A DNA stretch of 64,000 nucleotides from Felis catus (taxonomy: Eukaryota), in NCBI RefSeq assembly GCF_018350175.1, contig NC_058369.1, positions 15,688,001-15,752,000 on the forward strand, in the 5' to 3' direction. The translations under genes and the position numbers were made by a program. This document shows positions 1-12,206 of this stretch, one piece after another (the stretch's first letter is position 1; every line of letters begins with the position of its first letter). The notes under the pieces are model-generated. The model saw only the letters and a program-made list of their open reading frames with translations, had not been told where the DNA came from and did no database searches.

Positions 1-35
1 TGAAAGAGACTAGTGCCTCAGTTAAATGACAGTGA

Positions 36-249
36 GGGGAGCGCCTGCATGGCTCAGTCGGTCAAGCGTCCGGCTCTCGATTTCGGCTCAGATCATGACC
101 TCACGGTTTCGTGGGACCGATCCCCGTGTCGGGCTCTGCGCTGACAGCATGGAGCCTGCTTGGGATTCTCTCTCTCCCTCTCTCTGTCCCTCCCCTGCTC
201 GTCTTCTGTCTTTCTCGAAATAAATAAATAAACATTAAAAAAAAAAAAA
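36..249 (+). mobile_element. Can-SINE
   Basis: tRNA-derived head, (CT)n, AATAAA/poly(A) tail. Confidence 0.9.
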
Positions 250-464
250 GGACAACAAGAGCACGTAACAACCAGATGCAATATGTAGTTTGAGACTGGT
301 TTCTGGTATGAACCAAAAGGCTATGAAGGATCCTTGGAGGGACATTTGGGCAATTTGAAGATATATTGGCTATTAGGTGATATAAGAGTATGCTTGCTAA
401 TTTTAGGTGTATTGCTTTTTTGTGACATGGGCAAGCATTACTAATTTATTAGAAATGCATTTTG

Positions 465-674
465 CGGGACGCCTGGGTGGCGCAGTCGGTTAAGCGTCCG
501 ACTTCAGCCAGGTCACGATCTCGCGGTCCGTGAGTTCGAGCCCCGCGTCAGGCTCTGGGCTGATGGCTCAGAGCCTGGAGCCTGCTTCCGATTCTGTGTC
601 TCCCTCTCTCTCTGCCCCTCCCCCGTTCATGCTCTCTCTCTCTCTGTCCCCCCCCCCAAAAAAAATGTTAAAAA
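465..674 (+). mobile_element. Young SINEC_Fc-type SINE
   Basis: TSD AGAAATGCATTTTG. Confidence 0.92.
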
Positions 675-1011
675 AGAAATGCATTTTGAAATACTTAGGG
701 GGTTACGCCATGATGCCTCTGATTTATTCTTCACACACACACTGTTTGTCCTACACAGCGGGACACTCTGTGTGAAACTGTAACCCACAGGTGCCCCATG
801 GAATGGCTGAACATACACAGACTTTTAACCCACCACACTTGTCAGAGATCGGCAAGTAACGGGTCATTGTAAGTTGTTATCAGATAATGAGGAAGAGATT
901 TTACAACATTTTCTGAAGATCAAAGTCTTTAAAGTGAGTCATGTGAAAATGGCTAGGGTGAATATTTATTCGAAATAACGAGGAAGGCATTATCCTAAGA
1001 AGATAAGTAAA

Positions 1012-1365
1012 GGGGCACCTGACTGGCTCAGTCGGGGGGGGTGACTCTTGATCTCGGGGTTGTGAGTTTGAGCCCCACATTGGCTGTAGAGATGACTTAA
1101 AACGACAACCTTTATTTTTTTTTTCAACGTTTTTTTTTTTTTTTTTTTTTTTTTTTGGGACAGAGAGAGACAGAGCATGAACGGGGGAGGGGCAGAGAGA
1201 AAGGGAGACACAGAATCGGAAACAGGCTCCAGGCTCCGAGCCATCAGCCCAGAGCCCGACGCGGGGCTCGAACTCACGGACCGCGAGATCGTGACCTGGC
1301 TGAAGTCGGACGCTTAACCGACTGCGCCACCCAGGAGCCCCAAAATGACAACCTTTAAAAAATAA
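1012..1365 (+). mobile_element. Short Can-SINE with nested antisense SINEC_Fc (1113-1341)
   Basis: Outer TSD AAGAAGATAAGTAAA; inner TSD AAAAYGACAACCTT. Confidence 0.9.
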
Positions 1366-2298
1366 AAGAAGATAAGTAAAAAAGGAAAATGAAGACCCGG
1401 TAACTAACTTAATTTTAGTGTTGCCACTAAAACCTAATTTCCCCTGGTTGCAATTAATGATTTTTAAAAAATGACTTTTATTCACTTAGCTGCTCAAAAT
1501 ATTCACCTACTAGTAAAAATCCGTCAGTCGTAACGGAATGGTTAGATAAACTATGGCATGTCTGTATCGGAAATATTGCGAAGTCATCACCAGTTAAGAT
1601 TTGGATTTAACTCTTGGATTAATATTCAATAACATGAACATGCTTACGATACAACATCGAGTGCAGGAGATATGACTACATCTCAAAGGAGTCATGATTT
1701 TATGGAAGTGTAAATGATTGAGCCCTACGTAATTGCTAAGAGAGGATAAAGAGTGGCATCTCATGTGGTCCCAGTAACATTGTGACCGTCACAAGAAAAA
1801 GAGGGGGAGAAAAAGCCCACAGAGGAGACAGGACAAAACTGTAATGCTCACCAGGCATGGGTTACATCGTTGTCTGTTTCGAACAAGAAAGCATCTCTCA
1901 CCACATTGGACAGATGTGGTAAATTTCCTGACATGAGAAAAAGAAACCCCTAATTTTACTCATCTCCAAAACTGAAAGTTGAAGAGGTGAAGCCCTTTTG
2001 CCCTTCAGAACAACTAAACTCAAGAGAGCCTCCTTGCCACCAGGCACAGGACCGGATGGTGGACTGGATAAGGCAATTCTGGTCTGACAAACACGGGAGA
2101 AGCATGTGCCATGCACACGGCACACGGCAGAGCTGTTTAAACGTGTGGCCAAACCATCATCACGTTGTCAGTGAACATTCTCTCACTCTCCAGGAGGGTG
2201 GGCAAGCCGATGGTGCCGCCAGGATCAACCAAAAGAAATGGAATCCTTTCTGGGTGGGAAGAAAAACGAAATTCACCGAGTGTCACATTCATTTAGAA

Positions 2299-2511
2299 TT
2301 TTTTTTTTCAACGTTTATTTATTTTTGGGACAGAGAGAGACAGAGCATGAACAGGGGAGGGGCAGAGAGAGAGGGAGACACAGAATCGGAAACAGGCTCC
2401 AGGCTCCGAGCCATCAGCCCAGAGCCTGACGCGGGGCTCGAACTCCCGGACCGCGAGATCGTGACCTGGCTGAAGTCGGACGCTTAACCGACTGTGCCAC
2501 CCAGGCGCCCC
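2299..2511 (-). mobile_element. Young SINEC_Fc-type SINE
   Basis: TSD TTCATTTAGAA. Confidence 0.92.
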
Positions 2512-2567
2512 TTCATTTAGAATTTTGAGGAGACCTGCTTCTCTCATGGGATGCACATATAAAAGTC

Positions 2568-2688
2568 TGGCTCAGTGGGTCAAGCGTCCAACTGTTGGTC
2601 TCAGCTCAGATCTTGATCTCATGGTCATGAGTTCAAGCCCTGCGTTGGACTCCACACTGGGCATGAAACCTACTTAGAAAAGAAAAAA
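2568..2688 (+). mobile_element. Short Can-SINE
   Basis: Head motif TGGCTCAGT, GTTCAAGCCC, A-rich tail. Confidence 0.75.
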
Positions 2689-2912
2689 GCCTAACCGTGT
2701 TAAACAACCCCATGTTAAATAATCCTAATTATTGAAGTAGGATTCTTAGCAATGATTCAAAAGATTGAGGTAGAGCTATGTGCATTAAGGAAAGATCTCT
2801 AGGCTTCACTGTGCATTGGGCGACCCAGAACCAGAGTGGAAGATCTCACAGAATCCCACTTACACACCCAAATGCACATGCAAAGAAAAGCCTCTCAGTG
2901 AATGCACACCAA

Positions 2913-3135
2913 ATTTTTTTTTTAATTTTTTTTTAACGTTTATTTATTTTTGAGACAGAGAGAGACAGAGCATGAATGGGGGAGGGTCAGAGAGAGGGAG
3001 ACACAGAATCGGAAACAGGCTCCAGGCTCTGAGCTGTCAGCACAGAACCCGATGCGGGGCTTGAACTCACGGACCGCGAGATCATGACTTGAGCCGAAGT
3101 CGGCGGCTTAACCGACTGAGCCACCCAGGCGCCCC
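2913..3135 (-). mobile_element. Can-SINE
   Basis: Full antisense copy, TSD ACCAAATTTT. Confidence 0.9.
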
Positions 3136-3337
3136 ACCAAATTTTCAATAATAAATATGTATGAAGAACTAGGAAAGGAAGGGAATAAAAGAGAAATTTA
3201 CTTTTTCTTCCTCTATATATTTCTGAATTAAATTTTTTTTCTCTTTAGAGCAATAGATACTTATTTCTTATGTACTTAAAAAAAAAAGGTGGGGGGGGGT
3301 GTCTGCCTGGCTCAGTCAGAAGAGCATATGATCTTGA

Positions 3338-4005
3338 TCAAATGTCCACCCACTGCTGAGTGGACAAGACTGTTATCTGCGTCGTTGAAAATGGTTCAGC
3401 AAGAATAAGAGACAACAACGTAGCCCCTTGGATGAATCTCAAAATAGTGACGCTCAGTCCAAGAAGCCAGACAAAAAAGAATACGTGCCAATTTTGTATC
3501 CAAAATTCTAGAAATGCAGACCAAACTAGGGTGACAGAGAGCAGATTGATGGTTGACTGGGGAGGAGAGGCGGGGCGAGAATAGAGGAGGGAATTAATCA
3601 CGAAGGATCACAAAGAAAGTTTCGAGAGTGATGGATGTGACCGCACCCTGCACTGGGCTGATGGTCTCACTGCTGAATGTTGTACCAAAATTTATCCAAC
3701 TGAACACTTTATTATTTTATGTTTTTTAATGTCTATTTATTTTTGAGACAGAGAGAGAGACAGGGCAGGAGTGGGAGGGGGCAGAGAGAGAAGGAGACAC
3801 AGAATCTGAAGCAGGCTCCAGGCTCTGAGCTATCAGCACACAGCCCGACGTGGGGCTCAAACCCACGAACCGTGAGATCATGACCTGAGTGAAAGTCGGA
3901 TGCTTAACCGACTGAGCCACGCAGGGGGCCCCCCAACTGCACACTTTAAATAGGTACAGTTAATAGTGTGCCAATTACACCTCAATGAATCTGTTTTTTA
4001 AAAAA
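3338..4005 (+). mobile_element. Old L1 (L1MB/ME-like) 3' end, interrupted by a SINE
   Basis: CAAATGTCCA...TGGATGAATCTCAAAA...AAGAAGCCAGACAAAAAAGAATAC. Confidence 0.65.
3711..3932 (-). mobile_element. Can-SINE
   Basis: TSD CCAACTGMACACTTTA. Confidence 0.9.
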
Positions 4006-4539
4006 AGCTGCACATGTTTAATATAGAAAATTTGGAAATAACCTAAGAGTGAAGAAGAAAACTAAATAGCACCCTTACTCCCATGAGAAGACAACGACTG
4101 ACAGGAGGGGGCTTTTCCTTCCCAGCAATTTCATACCAGACTGTTAGCCCCTCAAGGTCAGGTCCGCCCCATCCACTGGCTGTATTCCCAGCACGGTCCT
4201 GGCAAAGCAAATGTTCGACAACTATTGTGAGTAACTAAGTGAACAGGTAAATAACTTGCTCTATTTCAAATCCTCTCATTAGAGCTTCTTCATGTCACTA
4301 AAAAGTCTTTGAAAATGTATTTGTGGCTCCAAGTCCTTCCATTGTCTGGATAGAGATTAGTTTTGATTTTACACTGGGTTGTGTACCAGTTTTCAATGTA
4401 ACCAATAGCGTGCTGTGATATCCCACTCCGTGTACACACCTTTGGGTGTGTCGTGGAAGGCTTGTCTATAGCAGGGACAACTCCCAAACAACGAACGGAC
4501 CCAATTAAACAGGCTAACAGCTTAATTTACATCGCGCGT

Positions 4540-4746
4540 GGGGGCACCCAGGTGGCTCAATTAGTTAACGTCCAACTTAGGCTCAGGTCGTGATCTTGAG
4601 GTTCATGAATTCAAGCCCCGTGTTGGGCTCCGTGCTGACAGCTCGGAGCCTGGAGCCTGCTTCTGATTCTATGTCTCCCTTCCTCTCTGCCCCTCCCCTG
4701 CTCAGGCTCTGTCTCTCTTTCAAAAATAAATACACTTTAAAAAAAA
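4540..4746 (+). mobile_element. Can-SINE
   Basis: TSD AATTTACATC. Confidence 0.9.
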
Positions 4747-5544
4747 TTTACATCACACAGATACAAGTAAGGCAGTTAAGTTTTCTACCTTTTAAGTGCG
4801 CTTGTCGATTAACTTCTCCTTTCCTCAGTTTGCTCTTCTATAAAATGGAAGTCTAATCGTCTCCACCTGTCCAAGTGACTGAGGATTCAAGGCAAGGGTG
4901 CGACCCGGGCGCCCAAGACAATGCCGGCAGAGCACAGTTTAGGGCTGGCACATACGGGCATTCTTGGGCCGCCGGCGCTGTCCATGGTTCCTGCTCAGTT
5001 CCCTCTATGCAAGTTCTTTTTCTTGGGATCTGCCAGTTGAAAAGCACCTGTCAGCCTGGCTGGAAGAGCCCTTTGGAGAGGTTGGAATTAAGTACTAAAG
5101 CCCTGCAGTTTACATTGTTACCATTTAGCACCTCTTTAGATGAACATTGGCCCCAGTGGAATGGATTCCAAGTTCCAGAGAACTCTGGTGATGGGAGGGG
5201 TTCGGTGAAGCAATTCTCTTTCGAGTGGATTTCCCCAGCTTTCTGCTGAATTTCAGGGCTAAGTGACTGCGGACTGAAACCAGTAGCTTCATCAGGTTGT
5301 GGTGGCCACCTGTAAATCATTCTGGGTTTCTCGGGCTCTGTAAACCTTAGAAAACCAGATGACTCTTAACAGAGCTGTTGGATTTCACAGTTTTGGAGTG
5401 GATTTTTAGTCAACCTCTGGTTCCAGCTCCCCAGCATTTAGCAGAAACCTTTAGTGAGTTAAACACACACACAGATAAACACAGAGAAGATGAATATATA
5501 ACTATATATTGACTCAGACTATCTATGACTGTGTCTTTACTGAA

Positions 5545-5665
5545 ACAATACCCTCCCATTTTATAGCTAGTGAAACTGAGGCTTGACGAAATGGTGTGGC
5601 TTGCTCGGACTGCTACTTAGTAAGTGGCCAGAGGACTAAATCCAGCTCTCTCTGAAGCCAGGGTA
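5545..5665 (-). mobile_element. MIR fragment
   Basis: CCCATTTTATAG...GAAACTGAGGCT. Confidence 0.55.
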
Positions 5666-5849
5666 AGCGAGTAATTTATATAGCAGAAAGCAATAGCAGT
5701 CAACATTTTCCTTGCCCACCACAGTTTGCAGACCCCTTTAGGTACACTGTTTGGACCCTGACACTGTTCTCTGCCAGGTGGCCACCGAGAGGCAGAGTGT
5801 CTTGCTCCAAATGTAGAAATAAGAAGAAGTAAGAGCGTTCTCCGACTTC

Positions 5850-6012
5850 GCGCCATGCCAAGCGTGGTCCTGGCCCAGCCGCATGGACATCGCCTGGAAG
5901 CTTAGAAGAAATGCAGGCTCTCAGCTCCCTCCAGACCTGCCAAGTCAGAATCTGCATTTTAACAAGATCCCCGGGTGACTTGTGGGCACACCACCGCTTG
6001 CAAAGCCCTCTC
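5850..6012. mobile_element. MER5A-like hAT-Charlie relic
   Basis: AGAAATGCAG...TCAGAATCTGCATTTTAACAAGATCCCCGGGTGA. Confidence 0.75.
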
Positions 6013-6627
6013 ATCAAGAGAGCCATCGAAGCCACGCGTCCTGATCAGAGCAGAGACACACGGAGTCATGGAGACAGAGGGTCCCCCAGGCCAGCCGGTC
6101 TTGGGTGACGCTGGTCGAAAAGCTGAAGAAAGCATGTGTGCAAAGAAGATGCCATGCCCTGCCAGATAAGTTCCTCTTTGCTTACCAATCACGTTTCTTT
6201 CCTCTTTTATGTCTCTCTTGGAGAATACTGACGATGTCTCCAGTGACGTGAGTGTCCGATATCCCCTTGCTCCCTGCCTGTGGTAAGGACACAGCCACAA
6301 GAGGGAGCGTACCTCCCGTGGCTTGCCTCTCCTTTTTAAGGGAATGTGCCCAACTCCGAGCTTACGATTTGCTCCTATCATCGATGATCTCCTCCTTGGG
6401 GACAGGTGGCGGGAGGCAGCGTGGGGAATGTCTGGAGGTGGTTTGGCCACTGCACTGGTAGAAAAAAAACGAAGATCCCAAGAAGGCTTTGACGGGTCTC
6501 TTTTTGGTACCCTAAAATCCCCATCTCCTTGAAACAACAAAAATTTGGATATGTCAGATCCAGAGAGGGGAGGTCATCCCAAAGTCTCGTAGATCCCAAG
6601 ATGACACTGAAGTCTTCTTCTTACCTC

Positions 6628-6847
6628 TTTTTTATTCTAAAATTTTCTTAAAGTTTATTTACTTTTGAGAAGAGAGAGACAGCATGAGCGGGGGAGGAGA
6701 GAGAAAGAGGGAGACACAGAATCTGAAACAGGCTCCGGGCTCTGAGCTGAGCACAGAGCCCACCGCGGGGCTCGAACTCACAGACCGCGAGATCATGACC
6801 TGAGCCGAAGTTGGAAGCTCAACACACCGAGCCACCCAGGCGCCCCC
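6628..6847 (-). mobile_element. Can-SINE
   Basis: Antisense head/tail. Confidence 0.88.
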
Positions 6848-7159
6848 TCTTCTTTGCCTCTGAAACCATTTCTTCAAGGCTTCTCTTTTGGCTTCTCCAG
6901 CGGGTCTGCCCGTGGAGTGCGGTTCCGCCCCCAAAAGTACTCAAGTTTGTGTGACCTCTGGTCTTAGACATTTGCCCCCAAATATACAACTGCCGTCTGA
7001 AACGGGGTATAAATTGGAGTGTTGAAATGAGGATATTTCTGGATGACTTCTGCCAGACCAGTAACCCCGTAGGACTTCTGTTATCACCCCAGTGCCCCTT
7101 CTGAAGCCCAGGCTGTTGGGAGGGATGGGCTAGAATGTTACAAGGGATGCTCGCGAGGC

Positions 7160-7485
7160 CATGTGGGGAGTCATGTGGTTTGGGGTCAGGAAACCAGGTG
7201 CCTGCTGTCAGGCTACACCCACAAACATAGGCACCAAGCCGGGCGTCTCTTCAGTTCGCAGCTCAGAAATTACGAGTCAGGTGGCCCGGAAATCTGTAAA
7301 CAAAGTTATCAGCTAATCAGAGAAATCTGCTTGGATGTGGTTTTAGATATCCTGAAAGTTAGCCCAATGTGGCATAAGGGTGGAAATTGCTGTGCCCAGG
7401 GTGTGTGTGTGTGTGTATGTGTGTGTGTGTGTGTTTGTGGTTGGACCCAGAGAACCAACCTCTGTTCTTAACTCCCAGCTGAGCG
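7160..7485. promoter_or_regulatory. Candidate lymphoid enhancer ~12 kb upstream of CCR9
   Basis: 3x RUNX TGTGGTT, 2x CAGGTG, CAGCTG, ETS, FOXO, TCF and GATA motifs within 325 bp. Confidence 0.5.
7401..7434. repeat. (GT)n microsatellite, one interruption
   Basis: Directly visible. Confidence 0.9.
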
Positions 7486-7983
7486 AAGGGAGATGCTGAC
7501 AAATGGAATAGTTTGGTAATAACTTTCTGCAGAGAACTAATCATATATTTGCACCAGTTCGAAGTCTACACTCAAGACAAGCTACAGAGGTTTTGGGCCC
7601 CCCAACAGATGGGAACACTTATTAGAATACTAAAATGTTTAATGTTAATTACATCATTATGCAGTCTGTTCCTAAATACGCTGTCATAGGAAAATATTCA
7701 GTGATTGTAGACAAAGCTAAACTCTTTCTTGGCCCCCCCCAACCCCCCACCCCGTAACTTCTTTCCGGAGGTAAGCAGTGTGATCATTTGGGCATGAAAG
7801 TCTTTTCCTTGCAGTGATAAAACATGTCTATGCTCCTAGACAGATAGTCATTTTGGTGTTTTGTTTTGTTCCCAACAGCAATACCATCACATGGAATCTA
7901 TCATGTACGATTTGCTCTGTCCCTTCAGAGATCTCAACAACCCGGAGATCTCTCCATGCCAATATGTATATATACACCCTATC

Positions 7984-8181
7984 TTTTTTTTTTGAGAGAG
8001 AGAGAACACAGAGCGCAAGCAGGGAGGGGCAGAGAGAGAGAGGGAGGCACAGAATTGGAAGCAGGCTCCAGGCTCTGAGCGGTCAGCACGGAGCCAAACG
8101 TGGGGCTTGAACCCACAGACCACGAGATCATGATGTGAGCTGTAGTCGGACACTCAACCGACTGAGCCACCCAGGCGCCCC
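7984..8181 (-). mobile_element. Can-SINE
   Basis: Antisense head/tail. Confidence 0.88.
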
Positions 8182-8959
8182 TCGATCCACCTGATTCTTC
8201 TGTAACCTTTGCATCGAATTCCAGAGAATGAATAGACCATCCTTTACGCAATCAATGTCTTATTGATGGACAGGGAGGTTGTTTTCCATTTTCACCAACA
8301 CAAGTACCTTTGTTGTGATTCAGCCTCGAGGGCACGCGTGGATGTTCTCTAAAGAGGCCACCATCCTGGAATGGCTGAGACACAGGGATGCAAACTTTGT
8401 ATGTTAACACACCCTCCCATCATCTCCTTGCAATGGCTGAACCAATTCACACACGCTGGGAGTGTGAGAGCCCCTGGTGCCCTTCCCCCATGCTCAGTAT
8501 TCAACTTGTAGAGCTCTGCCTTTTGAAGAGTGAAAATACTGCTGTTTAATGTGCACTTCCCCGGTTATGAGTTAGAGCATCTTTTCAGATGTTTTTCTTC
8601 CCTCGGTTGGGAAAAGCCTCTGCATATTTTTGCGCATTTTCAAATCGGGGTTATTTGTCTTTTTCATTTGGGTTTGTAGAAGCGATGCTTCTTTTCTAAG
8701 AGGTATTGCAAAAAGCAAGTAGTAACAGACAGTTTCTTTCTTTCGGAAAGTCATAAAAGCATCTGCTTGTGTAGAAACGGAGGGAAAAAAAAAAGCCTGT
8801 GGTGTGTCTGTGCATGTGTTTTTTTCCATAGCGTGGCTTTAACACCCACACACCTTTGGTAAACGGAGTGAAGCCCCCCAAAGATTGCAGCGGCAAAGAT
8901 GAAAAACAAAGAAAAGTAAGGTAGTCCCTACCAGACGCTTACTAACGAGAAGGGCAGTT

Positions 8960-9340
8960 TCCAGTTAACAGCTGAAATATGGCTTTCACGTTCTGCAGAA
9001 GGCTGGGTTTGCAATCCCGGGGCCAGCTCTTTCCCGTAGACATCTTTTCTCTAGCGGCGGCTTGGGATTTGGGTTTGCGCTCATCGGTTGCCCATCTGAG
9101 GAAGTGATGTAAGCCCGTGGCCCTTGTCTGGGTTATCTGAGGGGCTCATCGCTCCTGGTCGTGACAGAGGGGTGCCAGGTGATAGATAACAAGGAGTTAG
9201 CAGCCCAAGTTTCTTGACTTACCCTCAACCGCAAGGGAACTTATCTCCAGAGGGCATCTTCCTGGGTGAGAGCTGAAGTCTCGAGAAAGCAGGGCACTTA
9301 TGGGGCGCAAAGGGGCTGGGGAAGGAGGGGGCAGGTGATC
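8960..9340. promoter_or_regulatory. Candidate haematopoietic enhancer ~10 kb upstream of CCR9
   Basis: E-boxes, GAGGAAGT, three WGATAA sites, RUNX AACCGCA. Confidence 0.45.
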
Positions 9341-10130
9341 CGTCCTTTCTGTAGGCGGTTCTGGTATGTGTGTGGATGAAGCCAAGGAGCAGATTTAAAG
9401 ATCATCTCCAAAGATGGGGGAGGTGTGGAGTAGAGAGCTGGATAGGTGTGACGCAACCCTTCTAGCCTGCCCATTTTATACAGCCTCCAAAAAGAGTCAA
9501 TCGGGGGAGGCTCTAGACATTTTACAAAAAACAGGCTTGAGGGTGGCAATGCTTCCAGCCTCTGTGAAAATGACTCGTGAAACAAAACCATCGCTGGGAA
9601 CCCCAGGCAACGTGTGCAGCGAACAGACGTGGAAGCGGGGGCAGCTTGCGGGCAGCAGGATCCCCTGGACACAGATGGCCCCGCCAGGCCCCACAGTTTC
9701 TGACCCGGCGGGTGTGACGTGCCCCACAGCTGTAACGAATGTCTGGGCGCCGCTGCTGATCGGGGGAACACGCTTTGACGACCACTGGGCAAGAGAGAAG
9801 TTGCCCTTTAAACAGGGAGAAAACAGATGCCAGGAGGTGCTTTAGACAGTTGCGTCTGTGGTCTCTCCTTAGGCTGCTGGGGGAGGGGAGTCAGAGGAGA
9901 AAGATCAACGGAAACAAATGCTCTATGGCAAAGTCTGCAGGTGGTGGGTGAGGGACTGCGTCTGCCTGACAAGCTTCTAAAGGCAAGTGAGGTTCAAGTC
10001 CTTGGTGGTACCGGCTGTGGGGCTGTGATGCCTTAGAAGGATCTCCCTAGGTGAAGGCCAGGGCCAGGATTAGATTAAGCCGGGATGGAGAATAAATATT
10101 AGTGAGAGAGAGACCACATTCTACCTAGGT

Positions 10131-10334
10131 ATTTTTTAATTTTTTTAACGTTTATTCATTTTTTTTTTGATAGAGGAAGAGAGGCAGAGAGAGAGGGAGA
10201 CACAGAATCCGAAGCAGGTTCCAGGCTCTGAGTGTCAGCACAGAGCCCGACGAGGGGCTTGAACTCACAAACTGTGAGATCATGATCTGAGCCGAAGTCG
10301 GACATTTAACCGACTGAACCACCCAGATGCCCCC
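10131..10334 (-). mobile_element. Can-SINE
   Basis: Antisense head/tail. Confidence 0.88.
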
Positions 10335-11310
10335 ATTTCGTTTCTTAAAAAGCCTTTTGTTTTGCCCAGAGTTTTGGATTGTCTTTCTTTTCTTCAGACA
10401 ACATCTTGCTCATAATCATCCTCTGTTTCTCTTCCCAAAGCTCACAGTAACAGACACTCTATGAAGTCCGCTTTTCTCTTGAAGACGTCCCTACCTCCAC
10501 TCACTTTAATTCTTCCCCAAACTCAAAAACAAATCCTTCCTACCTCTGAGCAGCCCTCAAGTCATTCATGCCTCCTAGAAAATCATCCCCCTGCCTACAG
10601 TCTCCCGTGTGCAACTCATTGCTCAGTCGTAACACAATCTTCCAAAGCCATTTAACTTTTTTACCCCTATCAGTAGAAATGTGTCTGTGTGCTTTTCTTT
10701 ATCTCCCTTATTCCTCCAATGTGCATCTGCGTGTGTACGTGCTTAGGCACACACACCAGTATATTTGCATACATGCATGTGTGTATACATATATGCGCAT
10801 ACCTCATGATGGTTTCCTATTCTGTCTTAGGTTAATTATTTGGCATCTGCTTTTTCTCACGCAGTAGACAGTGACCCCATCCATTCATGGATTCTTCAAG
10901 AATCTACCAACGGCTTACTGCATGTCAGGGTTGTTTCTACCCTTCTCCTTCTGGTTCTTTCCCCTTTCTTGTTATCCTTCTCCCCTTCATGAAGGCACTT
11001 TTTTTGCTTCGTTCTTTCTTGCATGTCCCTATTTTAAGAGACATCTTTTTCTTTGGAACCAAAGCTAACTCATGAAAATAAAAGCCACTGAAAAAAACCT
11101 TCAGGCTTTCAGTAGCCAGGTGGCGGTGGAGGGAGGTGAAGGGAACGTGATGACGCCATGTTTATGCTATGCTGCTCACCTGCGAGCCCGCTGTTCGGTC
11201 CTTCATCTAGTATATGTCTTCCCAGTAGATCTGTGTGCAGGATACGGACATTTGGCTGTAGGGATTGTATCTTTCACAATAACTTCTTAGAGGAAGGTCC
11301 TCCCTGCATC

Positions 11311-11535
11311 TTATTTTTTTAAAAAAAATTTTAACGTTTATTTATTTTTGAGACAGAGCGAGACAGAGCATGAACTGGGGAAGGACAGAGGGAGAGGGAG
11401 ACACAGAATCGGAAGCAGGCTCCAGGCTCTGAGCCATCAGCCCAGAGCCCGACACGGGCCTCGAACTCACGGACCGCGAGATCGTGACCTGAGCTGAAGT
11501 CGGACGCTTAACCGACGGAGCCACCCAGGTGCCCC
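11311..11535 (-). mobile_element. Can-SINE
   Basis: TSD GTCCT/CCCTGMATCTTA-like. Confidence 0.88.
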
Positions 11536-11684
11536 GTCCCTGAATCTTAGAATGGCTCTTCTTTTCATACTTCAGCATAAATATCATCACCTTGGAGAAG
11601 GCTTCTCTGTCCTGCCCTCTATCCCAAAGTAGCCCTATCCTCTCCCTTTCCCACCAGCCAGCCACACTCTCGCACATCAGCCTG

Positions 11685-12206
11685 TGTGGTAGGTTAATTT
11701 CACTGATGTCCCCAATCAGTAGTGTCTCTTTATGCCTACCTGCCCTTTGGAATGGACTTTGCAGCTCTCTGCATCCAGAGGTAGAGTCTCCTTCCTCACC
11801 ACTTGAATCTGGGCTAAACTTGTGACTTTGGCCATTAGGATGTGACAGAGGTGACAGTGGCCAGTTCTGAACCCAGACCTTGAGAGGCCTTGTGCACGGC
11901 TAACTCTTTCTCTTAGGACCTCATCATCAGCGTGTGGACAGACCCAGGCTGGCCGGCCGCAGGATGGGGGACCACGTGGATGAGACCTCGGGCCATCCTG
12001 TACAGCCAGCCCTGGTCAGCTTGTTAGTGGACACAGACATATGAGCCGTCCTGGCTTTGGTCAGTTGAGGGTGGTTGAGACCAGAACTGTCCAGCTGAGC
12101 CCAGGTTTAAACTGTAACTTACAGAATCAAGAGCTAAATAATAAACATTGTGGTAAGCCCCTAAACTGCGGAGTGGTTTGTTATTCAGCAATAACCAACT
12201 GATACA
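11685..12206 (+). mobile_element. MLT1-family (ERVL-MaLR) solo LTR
   Basis: Starts TGTGGTAG, has CTTGAATCTGGGCT...TGTGACTTTGGCCA, ends GTGGTTTGTTATTCAGCAATAACCAACTGATACA. Confidence 0.75.

Noticed and set aside
5761..5800. Imperfect palindrome with CTCF-like TGGCCACCGAGAGGCAG
   Set aside because: Several core mismatches for CTCF; hairpin too short for a pre-miRNA.
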